Shown: one piece after another, positions 10,801 to 22,800 of the stretch
Position numbering within the stretch: position 1 is the stretch's first letter
Layout: each line of letters begins with the position of its first letter
Assembly (NCBI GenBank): GCA_030704615.1
Contig: CM060732.1
Location: 1,798,001 to 1,862,000 of the forward strand
DNA: 64,000 nucleotides
Direction of reading: 5' to 3'
Source: Takakia lepidozioides
Taxonomy: Eukaryota > Plantae > Bryophyta
Notes under the pieces: generated by a model
What the model was told of the DNA's origin: nothing
The model's database searches: none
The model's input: the letters and a program-made list of their open reading frames with translations, nothing else
Program-made: the position numbers and the translations under genes

Positions 10801-13800
10801 ACCCACACTGCAGATGTGTACTCCAAGGTAGGCCTAATAACATGGCAAAGCATGGTTTTTTGACGTCAGAGTTGATCCCTCTGCAGTGGAAAAATTTAGT
10901 GAGCCCCAACACTCTTTGCGCCTGGTCGATTGAACAACTTTTTGTATATGCGCTTCCCAATTACAGTTGGAGGAAAACTCAGTGCCAAGGTATGTGCAGG
11001 AAGGGGGGACATGAATCTCTTGGCTTCCCCACTGCCACTTGATGTCGCCTCCTCCCTCCCCATGGTCCACCACTGCACATTTACTGACGTTAGCCTCTAG
11101 CCCCCAAACTTCAAAGTATCTCTTTGCGCAATCAATCAACTCCTGAAGATTGGATGGAGTCTCCCCTATGCCTGCGATGTCATCCGCAAACATAAGGGCT
11201 GGTATGGTGGCATATTCCACCCTTAACCCAAATCCCTCACTTTCCACATCCTCGAGTAGTTGATAGATGAAACCAGCCCCATTTACAGTAACAATGGCAG
11301 ATCAAAGAAGTGTACAGCCATTGGGATTGATAAGAGGAGCAGAGGGGAGAGGGTAGATCCTTGAGGTACACCTTGGTCTATGTCAAAGAAGTTAGACTTC
11401 TGTCCATTAACAGTGACACAGGTTTTGGTGTGAGCATACAAGTTATGGACCACTCTCCACATCTTTCCCTTGATCCCAGATGACCAGAGTCGGAGGCATA
11501 GACCATCTCTCCACACTGTGTCATAATCCTTTTTGACATCCAAGACAAACACAACAGTATGTTACCCTTCTTTTTTCTTTCCCCGGATAATTTGGCTTAG
11601 AGTGAAGATATGATCCACACAGCCCCTGTTTCTCCGAAAGCCAGCTTGGCCTTCATGGAAACAACCTCTAGACTCCAGATCAACCTCGAGACGAGTACTT
11701 ATAACTCTGCAAAATATCTTGCCAACTGCTTTGAGAAGTGTGATGCCTCAATAGTTCCCTGACTCTTCTCTGGCACCTTTCTGACAATGACCCCCTGTCG
11801 CCATCATTTCAGTCCTCCAGATAAGGTTAAAGAGAAGTACAAGGGCCTCTATCATGGGGTCACCACTATGCTTATAAGCTCATTGACTATGCCATCAGGT
11901 CCACCAGCTTTACATCCGTTTAAAGTTCAAGTCCTTCCACAATCTCAGAAGAACTAATGGGAGCGTTGTAACCCTTTGAAATATACTCCAGTTCATCAGG
12001 GCTGTCTTGAATTAGAGAAACAGTTTTTGCTACTCTGTCCTTCCTTTCTTCAGAAAACCCCTCACTGTTAGACCTAGCATTTCTGCAAAGGGTACAGTAG
12101 TGAGTTTCAAAGGTTTTGACAATGTCAAATGTTGAAGTCACCACTGCATCGTTAGTAGTCCCCAGTGCTTGTACTTGCTGACAATTTTTCGGCTTGTATA
12201 GACGTTGAAGGGCCAACCAGAATCTCTTGTCATTACCACCATGGTGATTTGAGTTTATTTCACTGTATGACTTGTCCCAATAATTTCTTCTGAGACCTTA
12301 CGAGCTGATTGATATCTTTGCAGATCTGGTAGTACCTAGCCCACAGTTCTTTGTCGGCCTTAAATTGCAGCACTCTTTATAGAGGTCTTGTCTCTTGGCT
12401 ATCTTGAGTTTGATCTCATTGGTCCACCAATTGACAGCTCTACCGCAGACAATTAGTTTCCTCCCAATGATCTTGTCAGCCACAGAGGATACGAAGCTGT
12501 CCCAAGAATCCACTGCGCTTTCGACTTCATTTCTTGCCTCACCAGAGTGAGACTGAACATCTTGGATTGAATGGACAAAGTGAGGGAGAGCCTCTTGCAA
12601 GGCCTGGACATACTCAGCCTTGACCTCTTCATTTCGGAATATTTCAATGCGCCACTTCTGAATTGAACGTCTCACAGATCTCTTGCTGTTGGGGAAACAC
12701 CTTTTGATCTCAGTTCAAACCAGAAAGTGGTCAGAGGTACCAATATCAGTTCTATCAATCAACGCATTGGCACACTGGGGACACAAAATCTTGTCCACTA
12801 TGATATAATCCACAATGGATCATTCTCCAGTTTGGACTTCCTCCTGAGTCCACTGCACAAGGTCTCCTTTTGACCTATTATTCAAGGTCAAAAGCTGAAG
12901 TTCTTCCAGACAGTTTATTAACTGTCTTACATTAGAATTCAGCTCGTCCTCTCCAAAAGGCCCAATGTTATCATCCTGGTGCACATAGACATCTAAAGAG
13001 GGAGAGACCCCAAACTCTCCAACTAAGTCCAATGTACTAACCTTACCCAAGGCAGAGTGCTTCTGGTCAAAACAAAAAAAGACACGAGGTCACAAGGCCA
13101 GCATTTAGTCACAGAGACCTTTCTCTACTCCCATATCATATCCACCCAATGGCAATAGGCTTCCTAGAGGGCAGGGAGAGTTGGTGGTGGGGGGGGGGGG
13201 GGGAAGAGAGAGAGAGAGAATGTACTCATAAGACGTTGTTTGCCATGGCCTTGTGGCCATTGACCCCGTGCTCAGTTTGAGCAGAACACAAACGGACAGG
13301 AACTCAGGAATTCCTCATGGATTTGAGGAGGATGTCCCTCTGGTGAGAGTACCTAGGACATTGAATCCGAAAGTGAATATTGTCTTCAGGTTTCCTGCAC
13401 AACGGGCATTTGCAATCACCCTGTCCTCTCTGCTTCTGTTTGCTGTTCAAAGGTAGGCTTCCCGCCCTGAGTTTAAATTTCAGTCTAGTGCCTAGGGTGG
13501 GTAAACCCTTGAGGTCATCCATGATGGCCTCTCCCATGTCACAGACTGGAAACATTTATTTCACTGTATAGCTTGTCCCAGTATAATTTCTTCTGAGACC
13601 TTACGAGCTGATTCATATCTTTGCAGATCTGGTAGTACCTAGCCCACAATTCTTTCAAATTGCAGCACTCTTTATAGAGGACTCGTCTCTCGGCTATCTT
13701 GAGTTTGATCTCATTGGTCCCTATTCGGTAACTTCAAAGCCCGGGTTGGCAAAGGTCTTCATCAGGATGATACCATTGGGCCTTTGGTGAGGACGAGCTG

Positions 13801-16800
13801 AATTCTAATGGAAGACGGTTAATAAAGAAGAACTTCAGCTTTTGACCTTGAATAGTAGGCCAAAAGGAGACCAAGTGCAGTGGACCCGTGAGACAGCCCA
13901 AACTGGGGATTATATCATAGGGGACAAGAATTTGTTTCCCCAGAGCGCAAATGAGTTGATCGACAGAACTCTGACCACTTCCTGGTTTGTACTGAAATCA
14001 AAAGGTGATTTCACAACAGCAAGAGATCTGTGAAACGTTTTATTCGGATGTGGCGCATAGAAATATTCCAAAATGAAGAGGTCAAGGCTGAGTATGTCCA
14101 GGCCTTGCAAGAGGCTCTCCCTCACTTTGTCCATTCGCTCCAAGATCTTCAGTCCTGCTCTGGCAATGCAAGAAATGGCAAAATCTGCATACGAGGTAAT
14201 TGCCCCCCCTTTGCAGAAGGGTTGGCTGTCCAGGAGCAACCATTGGCTACCTAGACGGCAAACAATCCATATGCAAAGGGCTGGCTTGCGGCTGGGCACT
14301 TTCAACTTCTTGGGGCTGTCTAACCAAAGGAAACAATTTGAAGTGGGACAATCAAAGGGTATAATTGGTTCGGCAAGAGGTGTGCACTTAAGGCAGCCTC
14401 TGCCAAGCGTGGTCAAAAAGGTGTTGGCTTCCTTGTCCGTGATTACTTGTGTGACAACTGTGAAATCATCAACAAGGGTCTGCAGTACGAGCACAGTATC
14501 TGGAACTGATTTTGAAGGGCGGCATGAGTACGACGGACCTATTTGTGGGTTGTGTTCACATGCCCACAGAGGGGAACTTTAGTGCTGACGTCGACAAAGA
14601 CTTCAAAGACGTAAAGCTGGACTGTGCTAAGTTCCTCGCACCAATTAACAGCTGTACCAGACAATTAGTTTCCTCCCAATGATTTTGTCAGCCACAGAGG
14701 ACACAAAACTCTCCCAAGAATCCACTGCGCTCTTTATCAGCAATTTGTTGACCTCATCCAGAAGGTTCTTTGTGGCTGGGCTTGCTTCTTCTGGAAGAGA
14801 AGTCTGCAGGATCTCTGCAAGACCAGTTCCCTCTGGAAAGGCACTCAAAAATTTCTCCACTCGAGGTGTTTGCCCCACTCCTAGAAATGCATACTAAAGA
14901 TCTTTGGTGGCATCCTCGATTCCTTGACGAATTTGAAACGTGGACAATCTCATCGAAAAAATCCAAGAGCTTGGGAAGCAGCTCGGAATCTAAAGGAGGA
15001 GACAGATAACTCGGTTCTCCCTCCCCTTAAACGCCATCACCAGCGTGGAAGACCTAGCGAGATAGAAGGATTGGCAAACCATTCAGAGTACCATATCCTT
15101 AAGTCACACGAAGCTCAGGCTCAGCACACTTAGAGCCAGCTTGTGTGTCTGGCTGCTTGGTATCAACCTCATCCAGGGCATCAAACTGGTTAGAAACTTT
15201 CAAGTTAAGTCCCCACCCTTGGTTGTCTTCCTAGAGCGCCTCATTGAATCACCAATGTCTAAGACTGCTCTCCAGCCAGTCAAGGGACGAACTTCTTGAG
15301 CTTGATTTGATGTGAGACTCTATTTGTAGCATTTTTAGACATTGCAACCTTCAAAGTACCTCTGGCACATAATCCAAGAGCAGGTAGTTTTAAAGGACAC
15401 AAAGTCCATCCTGGGATTCACCCCAAAAACTACACACGAAGGCCGAGGTTTGGCGTAAGTAACTAATTCCCAGGAATCCCCCTGGGAGCGTTGTTATCGA
15501 GATGGAGAGATTGTACTCATAAGACGTTGTTTGCCGTAGCCTTGTGGCCATTGACCCCGCTCCCAGTTTGAGCGGAAACAAAAGGGACAGAACCTCCCTC
15601 TGTCAGGGGCTGACATTGGTAGTAAGACTTACCTTCATATATAGAATTAATCCGGGTTTTCCAGATATCCTCTAGAAATCCCTTCACAGAAGCATCAATC
15701 TGCTGTGTGTGATTTGCCCAAAAACTAGGCCTCAGGAGGGCCTGGGCTTTTGGCTCAGCCTCGAGACTTTAAAAGTTGGTAAACAGAGGTACAGGCACAA
15801 TTCCCTTGATAGATTTGAAGAGAGTGTCTCTTTGGTGAGAGAACCCCGGACAGTGTATCAGAAAATGAATACTGTCTTCAGATTGCCCACACAACGGGCA
15901 ATTGCCACTCTCCCTTTCCTCTCTGCTTCTGTTTGCTGTTCAAAGGTAGGCTTCCTGCCCTGAGTTCAAATTTCAGTCTAGTGCCGAGAGTGGGTAGACC
16001 CTTGAGGTCATCCAAGATTTCCAATTGCCATTGATGATGAATTTGTACACATTGGCGTGTTCATTAGGTAGTTCAGGGAAGCTTCCTGCCTAACTTCATT
16101 TTCATCAGACAATCTCATGGCAACAGACATGGCTTTGGACACTACAGCCTCTAAGTCAGATTTATCCAGCAGGGTCAAGACTTGCAGTTCCAGGTCCAGG
16201 TCCTTGAGAATCTCTTCTACTCTCTTCTGCCAGGACTTAGCCTGTTTGACAGGGCGGTCCTGTTTCCAAGATATAGAGTCGATTAACTTAGGATATCTGG
16301 TGTTGGACATATGTTGCAGCTGACCCCACCATCTGACCTTGAATTCATCTCGTCAGGAGCTTAAGGACGGAATGCCAAACTCACCCTGAACAGCCACATT
16401 GGCTGTTTTGGAGCATGCTGACATACACTCCTTATGCACCCCCACTTGAATGGATTCTATAGACTTAGCCTGGTTGGAGTTATCAACCCATATTGCAGAT
16501 CCGTACTCCAAGGCAGGTCTAATAACGCGACAAAGCATGGTTTTTCTTAACCTCAGAGTTGACCCCTCTGCAGTGGAAAAATTTAGTGAGCACCAGAGCT
16601 TTGCCCTTGCCAGTTTGAACAACTTTCCGGATATGTGCATCCCAATTACAATTGGAGGAAAACTCAACGCCCAGGTAAGTGTAGGAAGGGAGGACCGGGA
16701 TCTCTTGGCTACCCCACTGCCACTTAAGATCACTTCCTCCCTCTCCTCTGTCGTTGAATGCTACCACTGCACATTTTGCTGACATTAGCCTCTAGCCCCC

Positions 16801-19800
16801 AAAGATCAAAGTATCTCTTCGCGCAATCAATCGACTCCTGGAGATTGGTTGGAGTCTCCCCTATGCCTGCGAAGTCATCCGCAAACATAAGGGCTGGTAT
16901 GGTGGTATCACCCACCCTTAACCCAAATCCCTCACTTTCCACATCCTCGAGGAGTTGATTGATGAAAACATTGAAGAGCAGAGGGGAGAGAGTACATCCT
17001 TGAGCTACACCTTGGTCTATGTCAAAGAAGTGGACTTCTGTCCGTTAACAGTGACACAGCTTTTGGTGTGAGCATACAAGTTGTGGACAACTCTCCACAT
17101 CTTTCCCTTGATCCCACAAGACCAGAGGCGGAACCATAGGCCATCTCTCCACACTGTGTCATAAGCCTTTTTGACATCCAGGAAAAAAACATAAGTTAGT
17201 TTCCCTTCTTTTTTCCTTCCCTGGATAATCTGGCTTAGAGTGAAGATATGATCCACACAGCCCCTGTTTCTCCGAAAGCCAGCTTGGCCTTCATGGAATT
17301 AACCTCTAGACTCCAGATCAGCCTCGAGACGAGTACTTTATAACTCTGCAGAATGTCTTGCCAACAGCATTGAGGAGCGTGATGCCACGGTAGTTCCTCG
17401 GTTCTTCTCTGTCACCCTTCTTGTATAGATTGACAATGACCCCCTGTCGCCAGCGAAAGGGGATCATTTCAGTCTTCCAGATAAGGTTAAAGAGGAGAAC
17501 TAGAGAGAGAGCTTGGGAAGTATTCTGATATAGGAACTTGTGTGTGATGCAGCCACGGCAGCCCAGGCAGAGTCATCCCCTAAAGACTCTCCAACGTTGT
17601 CAACAGCAACAGTACCAGATTTGGTGACGGGAGGCATCAGTGATAACTCTGGAGTACTTTCTGCAGTAGAGAATGTGGAGGAGGAAACTAAGAAAATTGC
17701 GGAGCAGATTGAGGTGATCTGATTTCACTTGTTTTGGGTTGAACTTGTCTCTCTTTGTTGAGGAGATGCCAGGATGTCTCTGCGAATGCTTGAATTGTAG
17801 AGTCAAAGAAATGGAATATGATGTGGATGTAGGGAAATGCTTTGTCCATTCATGATGACAGGATGTTTTCACTCAAGGTTAACCTAGCAGCATTTTTGGG
17901 TCGCCTTTTGGGCATATTGCAGCTTTAAGTGCAGTCTGTGGAGGTGACTCTGCTGTGTCTAGTGCAGGTCGCTTCGGCATACTTTGGTCATCTTGTTTGA
18001 TTACTTGACTCAAAAATTGTCAAGAGTCATGTTTTTCACCTATGTAAGTTTTTACTTCACCAGGCACTCAGGCAGGAGAATTCTAAGTTACGGGAGCGTA
18101 TGGCACTCGCACAAAATTGTCCAAAGGTGGTTCCCCCGCCAGGAGATGGGCAGAGAATTTATGAGCTAGATCCCTACTTACTTAATCACAAGGACCATCT
18201 TGAATACAGGTGATTAGATTTTGTTTCTCTCCTCCTCTCTTACGAGCTGCTATTGTGTACCCAGACCCACCCAGCAGTAGAGGGTATTGAAGAATGAGTG
18301 GAAGGAGGGTGTAAGCATTTGCACATAGTGCTCAACCATGGTGAGCAGTTACTGGAGCTATATCCCTCCATGTCTAGTGGCTGAAAGGAGGTTTTGGATG
18401 AAACCAAATCATGTTTACCTTTGTTTCGGTTGGGTCCTTTGGGCCCAATTTCAATAATATGACTCGTGTAGAGTAAGGAATTAGAAGAATATTGAATCAA
18501 GTCAGATCATCGCAAATAATGAGCAAGAGGAAGGTTCTGATGTTTTGAGTAACTTGTTTAACTTGCTCAATGAGGCATTCTTGTGACTGTCATTTAGCTG
18601 TAACTTTCATGAATGTGATTGCATACATCTTTGGAGGGCTTTGAAATCTGAGAATTTGGCAATTCAGTAAGATGAACTCCATTAAACTGCATGAATATGC
18701 CTGCGTGTGCTCAGCTCATTATGGCCAAATTAGTGGAAGCAGAAAGGATGGAGGGGAGGAAGTTCAACAAGCGGGTAATAGTAGTGTCCCTAACGGCCAA
18801 CTTAAGACTGGTCATCACCTTTGGGGATCAGGCTAGCCCTGGCTTTGGTAGGTGAGGCCTTTCCAGAGCATATAGGCAGGGCCAAATTCTACTTTGGAAT
18901 CAAGCTTAAGGAGAGGCAGAGCTGTTTGCATTGCCTCAAGTGGCCGCGTGTGATGAAATATATCTGGATACTTTACAAAAGGGCCTTTTTGTTGTGAGGA
19001 TATCCACTTCATTGCACAAGAAAATTGCAGTACCCTCAGTCCATAGCCACCATTGACACATGATACACGTACCTTTTTTTCTGAAAAGTTTAGTAGCTTG
19101 CGGCTGAGGATTATAGCAGGGGAGCCTTGATGTACTTCTTGATTGCCAAATTCTGTTAGAAGCAAAGAGAGGATGTGATCTGATGGATGACTTCAGTGTC
19201 TACTTTGAAGCTCCATCCCTTTCTTGTCCTTCCGAACGCCTGACTTTAAAAGCACCCAATGGTTTCTATTGCAGGACATTGCCTGCAACTTTTATGGGCT
19301 TCTCCTCGATATAGTTCATGTTTGTGAGGGATGTTATTTGCGTAGCTAAGTCGGCCATATCTGTATTAGATCTCATTGTTACATTGTGGTCTGGAGAAAG
19401 CTGACATATTCTCGAGAGCAGAGGAAACTCTTCAGCTTTCACAGTGTTTTTATTCTTGGCATCCACTCTTTCTGTACAAGCTTGGTTAAGCGTATACAGT
19501 AGTACTAAATGCTTATTGTTGTACAGCATTTATTCTGTCATATGTGCGGGCAGATGGAGCTCAGAGCTTTGTTCCTTTGCAGATATGCTCAGTACAAGAA
19601 GACAAGAGAGCTTATTGACAAGCACGAGGGTGGGCTGGAAGTGTTCTCTAGAGGCTATGAAAAGTTTGGTTTTACTCGGGGGTAAGATTACTTGTCCAGT
19701 ATTAAAGAATTCCAAACAGTTGTTCTTCTATATGCATTGTACTCAATTTATGTTTGTGCTTTAATTAGTTTTCATTCATTAATCAGTCCTGGGATTGAAT

Positions 19801-22800
19801 GGGTGGTGTTTGTATGATGTCTTCCAATGCCTCTCCTTTCTGCACGAGTACTCTTCCCCTTATTCATTCCCTTTAAAGGAGGAATGATGGCACAATCTTG
19901 TTGGCATCATATCATATGTTGTTCAGTCGATGGAATGACTGAATAATCATAATGTAGATACATTGTTGTTCAAACGCTGTGGTGGTTATGCTGGAGTTTC
20001 ATATGGTGGAATCTCAGACTTTTGTTGTAGCTGTGTGCAGTCCAAAGGGGATCACTTACAGGGAATGGGCACCAGGAGCTAAGGTTTGTATTCGAGTCAT
20101 CTTCAAGTATGATTGTTTGTTGGCTAGGGAATCTCACATACTTCATGCCATCCTTGTATATTATCTTATTTAAGCTGCTCAGCTGCAGGAAGTTTTCAAC
20201 AACATAGAAAGATGCCAGCATTTGCCAGAGTAGGGGCCCCACCCCCCTCCCTTGCCCATGGAACGCAATAATTGTTTTTATCTTCTCTTTATTTCTTTTT
20301 CTCTACAGGTATCTTGTTCTGTTTCTGACCTGCTTTCTGCATCTTTCTGTATCCACCTAACTCCGTGCAGTAGGTCCAGTCTTTTGCTGTGATTTTGGAA
20401 TTTTCCAGTCCTTGTGAGGGGAGCTCTCCCAATTTGGCATTCATCCTCTGGACGAGGAACCTACTTGTGAGGGGCATGGGTGTAATGACACAGTTGAAAC
20501 TAGCTTCTCTGCAGAGATGAGGCAAAGCTGAACAACTTTTTTTGCAGGCAGTCATGGGAAACCACTGAAAGATGTGGGTTGACTTGTGCTGTTAAGTCCC
20601 ATTATATCACCCTGGGATGCGCACAACTTTTTAGTTTGTCAGTAGCATGATTGCCATCAGGGGGTTCAAGCTTTTGATTCGATCTTTTACTATGATCCTT
20701 TTTGCAGACTGCATCGCTTCTAGGGGATTTTAACAGTTGGAATCCCAGTGCAAATGTGATGACAAAGGTATTATGGTCTTCCTGTGTCCTGCTTTTGCTT
20801 GTTTGTGGCTTGCAATATATGTTTAGGGTGAAGGGTGCCCCTACAGCTACCTGTGTCCTTTTCAGTTCTTTCTCTTGAGAGCTCCATGGCCACAAGGCTA
20901 TGGCAAACAACGTCTTATGAGTACATTCTCTTAAGAGCTCCAGTCATACTACCGGCGTGAGCCCCTGACAAAGGTAGTTTCTGTCCCTTCATGTTCCGCT
21001 CAAACTGAGAGCGGGGTCAATGGCCACAAGGCTGCAAACAACATCTTATGAGTACATCTCTTGAGAACTCCTCCATACTGGTGCGGTCCTGCAGCTATGG
21101 TTGTTAAGCTTTCATGGTAATAGAGATAGCCAAATTTGTCAAGTCACCTCACCAATGTTTGGTTTGGTAAGGTGTTGGTATATGGTCTCTTCAGTGACTG
21201 CACCCAGAACTCTCACTGAAACTGAGGACGAGGAAATTTGCATAAACATATGTGCATGTCTATGAGCATGCATATACATTTTAATCCCACATCCACGGTT
21301 GGGAGCTTTCAGAGGTTTGGTTTACAAGAGATGCTTCAAAACCTTACATGCAGGCTGACATGTTAGTGAAGAGCTTCTTTTGACAGCAACCCATGGAGGG
21401 TAGATGAAGTTGAAGTGCACGCAAACCGCATGACCTTCCTCTTGTATGGAAAGATGTGCTATCCCACTGTGTGTTCCTGCAAAAGCATGATCGAAATACT
21501 AGAAATGCTTGGACTTCATTTACTGCTGATGACAGACGTCGGATTCCCCATTACAGACCTGTTGTATGCTGGCATATACCTGATCGGTCGATAAGCAAAG
21601 TTTGCCTGCAAAGGAGATTGTGGTTGACAAACTAAATGTGCAGACTAATGGAATGGACTCTTTGACAGGGCTCATTGGGCATTGCAGAATTCCTGTTGGA
21701 ATTTTCCTGCCTGACAATGCAGCTGAAACATCAGGTCCACTGGTGATGGTACTTTTAGGTGGACCACTGATGCTGTCTTGTGCTTCCCCTGTTGCTTGGT
21801 CATTGTTCAGAATGAGGTTGACATATGGGAACTGTTGTTGCCTGACAACTCTGATGGCACCCCTGCCATCCCCAATGGTTCGCGAGTCAAGGTAAGCTAT
21901 CTTGGATTACTTGTCTATCAGTATTGTTATTATTTTTGTCGAAACACCCACTTTCTCCTTTATCCCTCCCATTGATATTCCAGGGAGAGCGTTCAGATAT
22001 TTCACTCCACTGTTAGTGGTGAGTTGCAACTTTTCCTAACCATACCAAAGAAAAAGATTGATTGTTAAAACTATGCTTTAGAAAAGTTCCATACAATGTG
22101 TCCTAAAAGCATACAAAAGTAGGCCCTGCTTGTATGCAGGGTAGGGGGGACAGCTTCAGTAATGGAAGAGGAGCATGGTAGTTGCTAGTGGTTCATTTTA
22201 CTCGCATCAGATAAGGTTTGTGTGCCGACTGGCAGATTCATATGGACACACCTTCTGGCAAAAAAGACGCAATACCTGCCTGGATAAAGTTTGCAGTGCA
22301 AGCACCCGGAGAGATCCCTTACAATGGCATTTACTATGATCTTCCTGAGGAGGTACATGCATTACGAGTCTCATTAGCAACATTTGTACTATCAGGAGTT
22401 TGGAAAGCTCAATTGGGTGCAGGGAAGTCTGGGTCTAGTTCAATGCAAGACTTGAGTGAGAAAGAGGCAGTACAGGTCTTAAGGTTATAATCCTGGGGGT
22501 GCATAGTACTAGAGAACAGGTGTGTTTCTTGGGGAGGGGGTTGTCGCTTTTTACTGGGCTGTATTTGCTTTTCCTTAGAGATTTGTTATCTATGTGCGGT
22601 AATAATGTTTCTGCCTTTTATACTTATTTGGTTGATGTTGTTACAATTTTCTGTAAGGGTCTCCTGTCTCTTCTTTTAGAGAGCATCTATTGTTGCCTTG
22701 GATATTGGTCTATTGGAGGGAATCGCTGGAGTCTCCCCTGCGCTTACATGGATATCTTTTTGCCCTACAGCTTTCCCATCAAGCCTGCCACCTTTGTGTC

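Noticed and set aside
13185-13218. Poly-G/(GA)n as a functional G-quadruplex element (also 3465-3477)
   Set aside because: These are simple tracts at TE junctions with no independent evidence of function.
13910-14494. 194-aa minus-strand ORF
   Set aside because: It is antisense to inverted LINE endonuclease fragments.
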